Positions 36,817-45,287 of a stretch of DNA of 45,287 nt are shown here, piece by piece. This DNA comes from Bacteroidales bacterium (GTDB lineage: Bacteria; Bacteroidota; Bacteroidia; Bacteroidales; UBA12077), in NCBI GenBank assembly GCA_028282585.1, contig JANQHR010000116.1, positions 1 through 45,287 on the forward strand, in the 5' to 3' direction. Below the pieces are notes generated by a model. It did not search any database. It was not told the origin of the DNA and was given only the letters and a program-made list of their open reading frames with translations. Each line of letters begins with the position of its first letter. Position 1 is the stretch's first letter. The position numbers were made by a program, and so were the translations under genes.

Positions 36817-38157
36817 ATGAATAAAATCAAATTAATCATATTACGCGAATATCTTACACGAGTAAAAAAAAAGTCGTTCATCGTAATGACAATTTTAGGG
36901 CCTATCTTATTTGCTGCTATGATGGTAGTACCTGCATGGCTTGCTTCTATGGAAGATACGGATGTAAAAAACATTGCGGTTATTGATAGTTCAGGAATAT
37001 TTTTGAATAAAATCTCTGATACGGATTATATAAAATTTGAATATCTTCAAAATACAACGCTTAAAAAGGTACAAAATATTTTTCCAGAGTCTGATTATTA
37101 CGCTGTTTTACAGATTCTTCCAAGTATTACATATGAGCCAAGTGCTGTTCATTTATTTTCTAACAAACAACCAAGTTTTTCTATAAAATCACACATTGCT
37201 AATGCAATGGAAAAAGAACTAAAGGATAGGAAATTACGAGCTCATGGTATTGATCAGGAGGTTTTGAATTCAATAAAATCAGATGTTTCAATTAGAACAA
37301 TACAATGGACAGAAGATGGAGGTGTAAAGGAAAGTTCTACAGAAGTAGCTATGATTGTAGGTTATGCAAGTGGATTTTTAATTTATTTCTTTATTTTCTT
37401 ATTTGGAGCACAAGTAATGAGAGGAGTTATTGAAGAAAAAACAAATCGAATAGTCGAAATCATTGTTTCCTCGGCCAAACCGTTTCAGTTAATGATGGGT
37501 AAAATCGTTGGAATTGCAATGGTTGGTTTGACCCAGTTTTTACTTTGGATCGTTCTCACAACAGGAATCATAGGTGGAGTGAAAACAGTTTTCTTCCCCG
37601 AATTAGGAACAAAGAATGCACAGGAAGTTGTGGTCGAAGACTTATTTGAGCAACAAAATTTAGCTCAAATTGATCAAATTCAACCTCAAGAGATAGAAAA
37701 GTTCACTCGAATTTTCAACTCTGTAAAATCAATTGATTTTGGTGTCATGTTTGGTTCATTTATATTCTTCTTTTTAGGTGGATATTTACTTTATGGATCT
37801 CTTTTTGCTGCAATCGGCGCTGCTGTAGATAACGAAACAGATACGCAACAATTTATGTTACCTATAACAATTCCGCTAATACTAGGAATATTTGTAATGA
37901 TGAACGCTATTCAATCGCCTGATAGCCCTGTTGCATTTTGGTTCTCAATTATTCCATTAACCTCACCAATAGTAATGATGGTAAGGATTCCGTTTGGTGT
38001 ACCATATTGGCAGGTTGCATTATCGATGGGATTACTAGTTCTAACATTCCTAGGTTCCGTCTGGTTAGCCGGAAAGATCTATCGCACAGGAATTCTGATG
38101 TATGGTAAAAAAGTGAATTACAAAGAACTCTGGAAATGGATACGATATAAATCTTAA
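36817..38157 (+). CDS. ABC-2 type transporter permease (NatB/YhaP-like)
   Basis: REYLTRVKKKSF; VIEEKTNRIVE; LMMGKIVG; SIIPLTSPIVM; KIYRTGIL. Confidence 0.93.
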   Translation: MNKIKLIILREYLTRVKKKSFIVMTILGPILFAAMMVVPAWLASMEDTDVKNIAVIDSSGIFLNKISDTDYIKFEYLQNTTLKKVQNIFPESDYYAVLQILPSITYEPSAVHLFSNKQPSFSIKSHIANAMEKELKDRKLRAHGIDQEVLNSIKSDVSIRTIQWTEDGGVKESSTEVAMIVGYASGFLIYFFIFLFGAQVMRGVIEEKTNRIVEIIVSSAKPFQLMMGKIVGIAMVGLTQFLLWIVLTTGIIGGVKTVFFPELGTKNAQEVVVEDLFEQQNLAQIDQIQPQEIEKFTRIFNSVKSIDFGVMFGSFIFFFLGGYLLYGSLFAAIGAAVDNETDTQQFMLPITIPLILGIFVMMNAIQSPDSPVAFWFSIIPLTSPIVMMVRIPFGVPYWQVALSMGLLVLTFLGSVWLAGKIYRTGILMYGKKVNYKELWKWIRYKS

Positions 38158-38242
38158 TTTGTAATTAGTGAATTGGTATAAAATTATAACAGTAATCGGT
38201 TTATTAAAGTTTACATTAGCAGCCAGAATAACAAGTAGTAGT

Positions 38243-38298
38243 TAATTTGAAATACTAAACTTTGAACTGAGAACTTTAAATCTGAAATGTTAAAATTT
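38243..38298. repeat. Degenerate heptamer tandem array (about 8 units)
   Basis: TAATTTG/AAATACT/AAACTTT/GAACTGA/GAACTTT/AAATCTG/AAATGTT/AAAATTT. Confidence 0.4.
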
Positions 38299-38404
38299 TC
38301 AATTTTACATTCATTTCGAGCATCTAAAAAAAATAATAAAAATCTAAGATTTTTTATTTTTCGAAATCTTAAATAAATTATACAACTATTTACTTCATTT
38401 TTTC

Positions 38405-38437
38405 AAAACTATCTGTTTATTTAGCAGATAGTTTTTT
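38405..38437 (+). terminator. Terminator-like hairpin just upstream of ppx
   Basis: AAAACTATCTG / CAGATAGTTTT 11-bp stem with T tail, ending 16 nt before the ATG. Confidence 0.55.
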
Positions 38438-38453
38438 ATTTAAATTAGTTGCC

Positions 38454-39383
38454 ATGAGAATTGCCATTATCGATATGGGTACAAATACCTTTAATTTGCT
38501 TATAGTTGAAACAAAAGAAAATAATCAATACAAAACTATTTTTAAAGACAAGGCTGGTGTAAAACTCGGTAAAGGAGGAATTAACAAAAAAGTTATTACA
38601 CCAGAGGCATTTGAACGAGGTATTAACGCAATTGACAATCATCTTAATACTATTAGTTCCTATAACGTAAATAAGATAATAGCTACAGCTACTTCCGGTG
38701 TAAGAAGTACCGAAAATGGTAAAGAATTTGTAGATACAATAGAATCAAAATTCGGGTTAAACGTTCAAGTTATTACAGGAGATGAAGAGGCAGAATTAAT
38801 TTACCGTGGTGTGAAACAGGCTGTTAAGTTTAATAAAGAAAATATTCTAATCCTCGATATTGGAGGTGGTAGCAATGAATTTATAATTGCTAACAGCAAT
38901 GGTTTAACCTGGAAACATAGTTTTAATCTTGGAATGGCACGTTTACTTGATATGTTCCAACCTTCGGATCCAATTACTCTCGACGAAATTAAAAACGTAG
39001 AAAATTATATAGACTCTGAACTTACCATTTTGTATGATGCTGTTAATAAATATCAACCCACAAAATTAATCGGTTGTTCTGGTACATTTGATTCTTTCCG
39101 AGCGATGATTGTTGAAAAAAACGGAGGAATCCCGGAAGGAATAAAAAGAGTAAATGCTTACCCGATTGATTTAGACGATTATGAGAAACTACACATTAAG
39201 CTAATAAAATCAACGATCAAGGAAAGAGAAAATATGGAGGGTTTAGAACCTGTGCGGATCGAAATGATTGTTCTGGCAAGTATTTTTGTTAATTTTATCA
39301 TCAAGAAATTTAAATTGAAATCACTAATTCAATCTTCTTTCGCTATTAAAGAAGGAATGGTTGATAAAATCTTAAACAGTTAA
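38454..39383 (+). CDS. ppx: Ppx/GppA family exopolyphosphatase (short form)
   Basis: IIDMGTNTFNL; ATSGVR; ITGDEEAEL; LDIGGGSNE; IKEG. Confidence 0.9.
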   Translation: MRIAIIDMGTNTFNLLIVETKENNQYKTIFKDKAGVKLGKGGINKKVITPEAFERGINAIDNHLNTISSYNVNKIIATATSGVRSTENGKEFVDTIESKFGLNVQVITGDEEAELIYRGVKQAVKFNKENILILDIGGGSNEFIIANSNGLTWKHSFNLGMARLLDMFQPSDPITLDEIKNVENYIDSELTILYDAVNKYQPTKLIGCSGTFDSFRAMIVEKNGGIPEGIKRVNAYPIDLDDYEKLHIKLIKSTIKERENMEGLEPVRIEMIVLASIFVNFIIKKFKLKSLIQSSFAIKEGMVDKILNS

Positions 39384-39394
39384 ATAATAACTCT

Positions 39395-40561
39395 ATGGCT
39401 AAAATACTAGTTATCGACGACGAAAAAAGTATTCGTGATACCCTTAAAGAAATTCTGGAATATGAAGATCATAAAGTTGATCTTGCAGCGGATGGTGAAG
39501 AAGGATTAGAGCAATTCAAAAATAATAAATACGATATTGTACTGTTAGATATAAAAATGCCAAAAAAAGATGGTATTGAGGTATTGGAAGATATTTTTGG
39601 TGTTGCAACAGATGTTCCTGTAATAATGATATCGGGTCATGGAAACATTGATACTGCTGTAGAATCTATTAAAAAAGGTGCTTACGATTTTATAGAAAAG
39701 CCTTTAGATTTAAATAGGCTGTTAGTCACTATCCGTAATGCAATGGATAGAACTTCATTAATTAAAGAGACTAAAACTTTAAAACGCCAGGTAACAAAAA
39801 CATATGATATAATTGGAGAATCTGAGCCAATTACTCAAGTAAAAGACATGATTGAAAAGGTTGCTCCAACCGATGCCCGTGTTTTAATCACAGGCCCTAA
39901 TGGATCAGGAAAAGAATTGGTAGCTCGTTGGTTACATGAAAAAAGTTGCCGCGCAGAATTTCCTTTTGTAGAAGTAAATTGCGCCGCTATTCCATCGGAG
40001 TTAATTGAGAGTGAATTGTTTGGTCATGAAAAAGGCGCATTTACATCTGCTCATAAACAACGTAAAGGCAAATTCGAACAAGCACATACCGGAACTATTT
40101 TTTTGGACGAAATTGGAGATATGAGTTTAAACGCGCAAGCCAAAGTACTTAAAGCTCTGGAAGAAAAGAAAGTTTCGCGTGTTGGCAGCGATAAAGATAT
40201 TCATATTGATGTTCGTATTATTGCAGCAACAAATAAAAATCTAAAAGAAGAAATTGAAAAATCTAATTTTAGAGAAGATCTCTATCATAGATTAAGTGTT
40301 ATATTAATTTCTGTTCCAGGATTAAATGACAGAAAAAAGGATATTCCATTGTTAGCAGATCACTTTAACGAACTAATTTGTACCGATTATGGTGTACCTA
40401 AATTGGATATTAAAGAAGACGCTATTGAGGAATTGAAGAAAATAAATTGGACAGGAAATATTAGGGAATTTAGAAATGTAGTTGAAAGGTTAATTATACT
40501 CTGTGATAAAGAAATTACGGACAAAGATGTTATTGCTTACGCCCAACCAATTTCAAAATAG
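39395..40561 (+). CDS. NtrC-family sigma54-dependent response regulator without C-terminal HTH
   Basis: Receiver VIDDE, LLDIKMP, ISGHG, FIEKP; AAA+ GPNGSGKE, ESELFGHEKGAFTSA, FLDEIG, WTGNIRE; ends at 388 aa. Confidence 0.92.
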   Translation: MAKILVIDDEKSIRDTLKEILEYEDHKVDLAADGEEGLEQFKNNKYDIVLLDIKMPKKDGIEVLEDIFGVATDVPVIMISGHGNIDTAVESIKKGAYDFIEKPLDLNRLLVTIRNAMDRTSLIKETKTLKRQVTKTYDIIGESEPITQVKDMIEKVAPTDARVLITGPNGSGKELVARWLHEKSCRAEFPFVEVNCAAIPSELIESELFGHEKGAFTSAHKQRKGKFEQAHTGTIFLDEIGDMSLNAQAKVLKALEEKKVSRVGSDKDIHIDVRIIAATNKNLKEEIEKSNFREDLYHRLSVILISVPGLNDRKKDIPLLADHFNELICTDYGVPKLDIKEDAIEELKKINWTGNIREFRNVVERLIILCDKEITDKDVIAYAQPISK

Positions 40562-40606
40562 ATTTTTGGATTAATATTAAAGTTTAAAGAAATTAAAAAA
40601 TACAAA

Positions 40607-42052
40607 ATGGGAAGAGTTGAAAAGGACTTTTTAGGAGAAATGCAGATAAATAAAAATGCTTTATATGGTATACATTCCTTACGAGCTCGAAAGAATTTCC
40701 CGGATTGCACTCCTTTTCATATTGAATGGTATAAAGCAATTGGTTTAACAAAGTTAGCTTGCTATCTAACTTATGATAGCTTCAAATCTGCAATATTAGA
40801 AAAACAAGCTGAGAATGATCTTCCCATAAATCTTTTTGATAAGTCAATAATTACGGCCTTAATTGAATCGGCTGAAGAGGTTGCAGAGGGAAAATACTTT
40901 AATAATTTCATTGTTCCTGCGGTACAAGGTGGAGCTGGCACAAGCATTAATATGAACATTAATGAGATTATTGCTAATGAATCTCTTATCAAGATAGATC
41001 ACAATCCTGGAGAATATAATATTATTGATCCTATAGAGCATGCTAACATTTATCAATCAACAAACGACGTAATTCCAACGTCGCTTAAAGTTGCGGCTAT
41101 AAAACTTTTAGTTGAGTTAGAAGAGAAAATTAACGATCTTCGATTTGATGTTGAAGCTATCGAAAATAAATACAGGAATAAATTACGAATTGGTTATACT
41201 CAAATGCAAGAAGCTGTTCCCTCCTCCTATGCTATGTTATTTAGCACGTATAATGAAGCATTGTCGCGAGACTGGTGGCGGGTTTCCAAATGTTTTGAAA
41301 GAATAAAAGTAGTTAATCTGGGAGGTAGTGCAATTGGAACCGGAATTTCTATTCCACGTTATTTTATAATGGAAGCAGTTTCTAATCTGCAACGATTAAC
41401 AAACTTACCAATTACAAGAAGTGAAAACCTATCGGATGCTACAAACAATATGGATTCACTTGTTGAAGTTCATGCCATTTTAAAATCCCATGCAGTAAAT
41501 CTTGAGAAAATGGTTTCTGATCTTCGTTTACTGGCTTCAGATGTTGTTGATAAAAATGACATAAGCATCCCCCAGAAGCAAATAGGAAGTTCTATTATGC
41601 CTGGAAAAGTTAATCCGGTAATTCCCGAGTTTGTCATAAGCGTTGCTCATAAAGTATATGCAAATGATTCATTAATTACATCGCTAAGTGCTCAAGGTTG
41701 CCTTGATTTAAATGCATACTTACCGATTATAGGGCATTCACTGCTGGATAGTATTAAATTACTTATAGCTGTAAACAAAACTTTAAAAGAGAACCTGTTC
41801 AAAGGACTGGAGATTAACAGTGATATTGCTGAAGATAAATTATATCGCAGCCCAGCAATTACAACTGCTTTAAGTCCGTACATCGGATACAATAATGCAG
41901 CAAAAATGGCAAAAGAAATGAAAAAGTCTAAAAAAGATATATTCAAGGTAAATATTAAATTAAAGCTTATTGAACCAGATAGGCTTGAAAAAATACTTGC
42001 TCCTGAAAATCTTTTAAAATTAGGATTTACATTAAAAGATATTACCGAATAA
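40607..42052 (+). CDS. aspA: Aspartate ammonia-lyase-like protein (fumarase/aspartase superfamily)
   Basis: EKDFLGE; YGIHSLRA; QGGAGTSINMNINE; QSTNDVIPT; signature GSSIMPGKVNPVIPE. Confidence 0.88.
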   Translation: MGRVEKDFLGEMQINKNALYGIHSLRARKNFPDCTPFHIEWYKAIGLTKLACYLTYDSFKSAILEKQAENDLPINLFDKSIITALIESAEEVAEGKYFNNFIVPAVQGGAGTSINMNINEIIANESLIKIDHNPGEYNIIDPIEHANIYQSTNDVIPTSLKVAAIKLLVELEEKINDLRFDVEAIENKYRNKLRIGYTQMQEAVPSSYAMLFSTYNEALSRDWWRVSKCFERIKVVNLGGSAIGTGISIPRYFIMEAVSNLQRLTNLPITRSENLSDATNNMDSLVEVHAILKSHAVNLEKMVSDLRLLASDVVDKNDISIPQKQIGSSIMPGKVNPVIPEFVISVAHKVYANDSLITSLSAQGCLDLNAYLPIIGHSLLDSIKLLIAVNKTLKENLFKGLEINSDIAEDKLYRSPAITTALSPYIGYNNAAKMAKEMKKSKKDIFKVNIKLKLIEPDRLEKILAPENLLKLGFTLKDITE

Positions 42053-43584
42053 TGTTCATTGTAAACTTATTTAGAAAGATTTATTCAAAAACATATCCAT
42101 TTGATATCCTATTTCTATTTATTCTTGCAATACTTTTTTTTTATTTTGGATATGATCATATATTCTTTTCTGAACCATTTGGGATACATTATATGAGGCA
42201 AACAGATAGCCTTTCATTTGCTTCAAATTATTATAATCAAGGATTTAAGTTTTTTTCTCCAGAACTTTATAACCTAAAAAATATAGACTCAAAGGCTGCT
42301 TGTGAATTCCCACTTACCTATTATATAACCGGTTTATTATACAACATTTTTGGAAAAGAGTTTTATATACAACGATTAGTGCATTTAATTATAACTTATT
42401 TGGGAGTTTTTTGTATTTACAAACTAGCTTTACTCTTACTAAAAAATAAAATCTATGCGTTTTTAGCGGGGTTAATAGTATTTACATCAACGGTTTTTAA
42501 TTACTATGCTTTTAACTTTCTTCCAGATATACCTGCTTTAGGTTTCATCCTTGCGGGTTGGTATTTTTTTTATAGATATTTAAATGATGAGAAAAAGTCC
42601 AGTCTTATTTTAATGTTTGTATTTTTTACTTTAGGGAGCCTAATTAAGGTTACTTACTTAATCAATCCCTTAACAATAATAGCATTTTGTATTTCTTCGT
42701 TGTTTTTTAAAAGAAACATTATTGTATCAAATAGCAAAAAAATAATCTGGACCGGAACAATATCTGCATTACTTGTAATATTGTGGAATTTCTATATAAT
42801 TTATTATAATACCATAAACGAGTCAACTTCATTTAATACTAAAGCGTTGCCTATTTGGGTAATGACAAAAGAAAAAATAGATTTTGTGTGGGAATTGATG
42901 ACTAATTATTGGTATAAACAATATTTCCCTAAAAGTACTTTTCATTTATTTTATGTTATTTTCTTTTTACAGATAATTTTGATTAAAAAAGTTAATAAAA
43001 AAAATTCATTACTAATTATAATTTTATTTTTTGCTAACCTTTCTTACTTATTATTATTCTATAGTCAGTTTAGGGACCACGATTATTACTTCCTGGCTTT
43101 TTTCCCATTATTTTTATTGGTATTAATAAATGGAATAAAAACGATACAAAACGTTACGTCGCGAAGGTTTATTCATTATATTATACAGGCTGTTATTCTT
43201 GTTATTATTATTGGCGGAATAAAAGATTCCCGAATAAGGGTATATAAAAGATTTGATAAAAAAATGGATATGTATTCAAAAACCGGATTAATAATTTATG
43301 AAAACAAAGATGAAATAAATAAACTAAACCTAAGTGTAGATTCAAAATTTATAGTTGCTCCAGATTTATGTCAGAATGGTGGATTGTTTTTTCTGGATAG
43401 GAAAGGCTGGAATTTACCGGAAGATCATATAAGTATTGAAAAAATTAACAACTTAAAAAACAAAGGTGCTAATTATTTGTTACTTGCAACAGAAGATCGA
43501 AATATAGTGTCTAAAGGTGATTCTACAGGAATACTTATCTTTGAAGGCAAAGAAATCTACATTTTTAAATTAAGTTCTGATTAG
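42052..43584 (+). CDS. Integral-membrane GT-C glycosyltransferase (ArnT/GT39-like)
   Basis: Many TM helices; first-loop HYMRQTDS, CEFP, FLPD, LIK, HDYY motifs; very AT-rich. Confidence 0.75.
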   Translation: MFIVNLFRKIYSKTYPFDILFLFILAILFFYFGYDHIFFSEPFGIHYMRQTDSLSFASNYYNQGFKFFSPELYNLKNIDSKAACEFPLTYYITGLLYNIFGKEFYIQRLVHLIITYLGVFCIYKLALLLLKNKIYAFLAGLIVFTSTVFNYYAFNFLPDIPALGFILAGWYFFYRYLNDEKKSSLILMFVFFTLGSLIKVTYLINPLTIIAFCISSLFFKRNIIVSNSKKIIWTGTISALLVILWNFYIIYYNTINESTSFNTKALPIWVMTKEKIDFVWELMTNYWYKQYFPKSTFHLFYVIFFLQIILIKKVNKKNSLLIIILFFANLSYLLLFYSQFRDHDYYFLAFFPLFLLVLINGIKTIQNVTSRRFIHYIIQAVILVIIIGGIKDSRIRVYKRFDKKMDMYSKTGLIIYENKDEINKLNLSVDSKFIVAPDLCQNGGLFFLDRKGWNLPEDHISIEKINNLKNKGANYLLLATEDRNIVSKGDSTGILIFEGKEIYIFKLSSD

Positions 43585-43588
43585 AAAT

Positions 43589-44818
43589 ATGTCAAAAGGA
43601 AAAGAATCAAAACCACATATAGGAATTTACGGGCGAAGAAATAATGGTAAAAGTTCGCTAATTAACAGACTTGCCGGGCAAGATATTGCAATTGTTTCTG
43701 ACCATGCAGGTACAACAACAGACCCTGTAAAAAAGTCCTTTGAAATAACCGGATTTGGGCCAGTTATATTAATAGATACAGCTGGTATTGACGATGTGGG
43801 TGAATTAGGATTGAAAAGAATTGATAAAACAGTAGCTTCAATAAAAACCGTTGATTTAGCTATACTTGTTATAACGCAAAATACTTTTGGTGATTTTGAA
43901 AAACAGCTTATTGAAGAGTTTAAAAAAACGGATACTCCATTCTTCATCGTTCACAATAAATCAGATATCGCTCCTTTAAGCGAAAATTCAAGGACATTTA
44001 TTGTTTCACAAAGCAATTCTGCCATTTTAGAGTTTGATACTATTAAAGCTGGAAATTTGGAGAAATTAATTCGCCTGATAAAAACTACAATTCCCGAATC
44101 TGCTTACAAAAATCCTTCTTTAGTTGGAGATTTGCTTTCATATGGAGATATTGTACTTTTAATTACTCCAATTGATATTGAAGCTCCGGCGGGAAGAATA
44201 ATATTGCCTCAGGTACAAGCGATAAGGGATATCCTTGATAATGATGCAGTAGCGATTGTTTTAAAAGAACGAGAAGTAGATGCCTTTTTAAGAAAAACTA
44301 AAATCAAGCCTGCTTTGGCGATTACTGATAGCCAGATTTTTACAAAAGCAGATGCATCTATACCTAAAAATATACCATTAACAAGCTTTAGCATAGTATT
44401 AGCAAGATTTAAAGGAGAATTTGAACATTTCCTAAAAGGAACTCCAAAAATATCCGAATTAAAAGATGGCGATCGTGTTTTAAGTTTGGAATCTTGCACC
44501 CATCACGTCTCTTGCGATGATATAGGAAGAGTTAAAATTCCGCGTTGGATTTCAAATTTTACTGGGAAAAAACTTGAGTATGATGTAGTAGCCGGTTTAG
44601 ACAATTTACCGCGTGATATAAATGAATATTCCCTGGTTGTTCAATGCGGTGGCTGTGTTATAACAAGAAAACAATTAATAAATCGCTTGCGCCCTGCAAT
44701 CGAAGCAGGAATTCCTGTTACCAATTATGGAATGGCAATAGCCTATGTTCAAGGAATTTACGAAAGAGCTGTAGAACCTTTTGTAAAAACAAAACAATCT
44801 TCTTTGGATTATTTATAA
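43589..44818 (+). CDS. hydF: [FeFe]-hydrogenase H-cluster maturation GTPase HydF
   Basis: GRRNNGKSS, GTTTDPV, DTAG, NKSD; APAGRIILPQVQ; ITDSQ; TSFS; Fe-S motif ESCTHH...QCGGC; TNYG. Confidence 0.95.
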   Translation: MSKGKESKPHIGIYGRRNNGKSSLINRLAGQDIAIVSDHAGTTTDPVKKSFEITGFGPVILIDTAGIDDVGELGLKRIDKTVASIKTVDLAILVITQNTFGDFEKQLIEEFKKTDTPFFIVHNKSDIAPLSENSRTFIVSQSNSAILEFDTIKAGNLEKLIRLIKTTIPESAYKNPSLVGDLLSYGDIVLLITPIDIEAPAGRIILPQVQAIRDILDNDAVAIVLKEREVDAFLRKTKIKPALAITDSQIFTKADASIPKNIPLTSFSIVLARFKGEFEHFLKGTPKISELKDGDRVLSLESCTHHVSCDDIGRVKIPRWISNFTGKKLEYDVVAGLDNLPRDINEYSLVVQCGGCVITRKQLINRLRPAIEAGIPVTNYGMAIAYVQGIYERAVEPFVKTKQSSLDYL

Positions 44819-45171
44819 CTATCTAAGTGAAACATACCAACAACATTATAAAACCTACCAGCATACTTCTTTAAAGCATAATATTCTTTTTTTCATAAAA
44901 CAGTTAAACAGAACCACACATATATAATAAACCGGTTTATGTAACTATTTTTCATCAATTGGTTGAAATAATTTTTTAAGAAACCATGTATTATTTAATT
45001 TCACTTTTGAAAAGATTGTGTGTATTTTCCCTCTCAAGGAAATTTTAGATTCATAAATAGTTAAAATATTCATAAATATTCTCAACATACGATCTTTTCC
45101 TTTTAATAATATTAAAACTTCAAATCAATTTTCTTTTTATCTTTAAAATCTAATTTACAAATTAGTTTATT

Positions 45172-45287
45172 ATGAAATCAACATTTGGACCTCAGAGATT
45201 ACTATTTCCTTTACCTACAGTTTTAGTCGTAACGGGTAATATGGATAAAGCAAATATCGTAACTATTGCCTGGATTAGTATGCTTAC
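45172..45287 (+). CDS. Flavin reductase/flavoredoxin family protein, 5' part (runs off window)
   Basis: Manual translation MKSTFGPQRLLFPLPTVLVVTGNMDKANIVTIAWISML; fits the family N-terminal P-x-P-x-x-L-V...N-x-x-T-x-A-W pattern. Confidence 0.75.
   Translation, partial: MKSTFGPQRLLFPLPTVLVVTGNMDKANIVTIAWISML

Noticed and set aside
44927-44940. Perfect 14-bp palindrome ATAAACCGGTTTAT after hydF
   Set aside because: Single copy with no loop or linked promoter; could be chance in AT-rich DNA.

Overview
AT-rich chromosomal window from an anaerobic Bacteroidota (Bacteroidales/Marinilabiliales-like) bacterium. The assignment rests on TAnnTTTG promoters, AT-rich leaders without Shine-Dalgarno motifs, a T9SS type-B CTD protein, the DUF4290-murA pair and an EF-G2. 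Bases 1-9790 hold the str/S10/spc ribosomal superoperon on the minus strand (rpsL-rpsG-fusA-rpsJ...rpsN-rpsH', no tuf), set head-to-head with an EF-G2 paralog that lacks the catalytic His. The rest is housekeeping and accessory genes: a T9SS cargo protein, a Cro/C1 HTH regulator, pcrA/uvrD, DUF4290-murA, grpE-dnaJ, a 500-aa helical orphan, a methyltransferase, a lipoprotein, TauE, a FtsX/MacB permease, a small acidic protein, MATE, a TPR histidine kinase, a secreted caspase-like protease, an ABC-2 pair, a ppx-ntrC-like-aspA-like-GT-C-hydF run and a partial flavin reductase. No rRNA, tRNA, CRISPR array or intact transposase was seen. The least explained signals are non-coding: (i) a ~175-nt highly structured element with a pseudoknot between uvrD and DUF4290; (ii) a ~9-unit array with 21-bp period directly upstream of the HTH regulator; (iii) octamer-array/REP-like elements flanking DUF4290 and murA, with one REP-like palindrome inside grpE; (iv) a candidate leader peptide and operator before the MATE pump; (v) a collapsed IS3-like end pair between convergent genes. 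All calls come from reading motifs by eye; no database searches were run.
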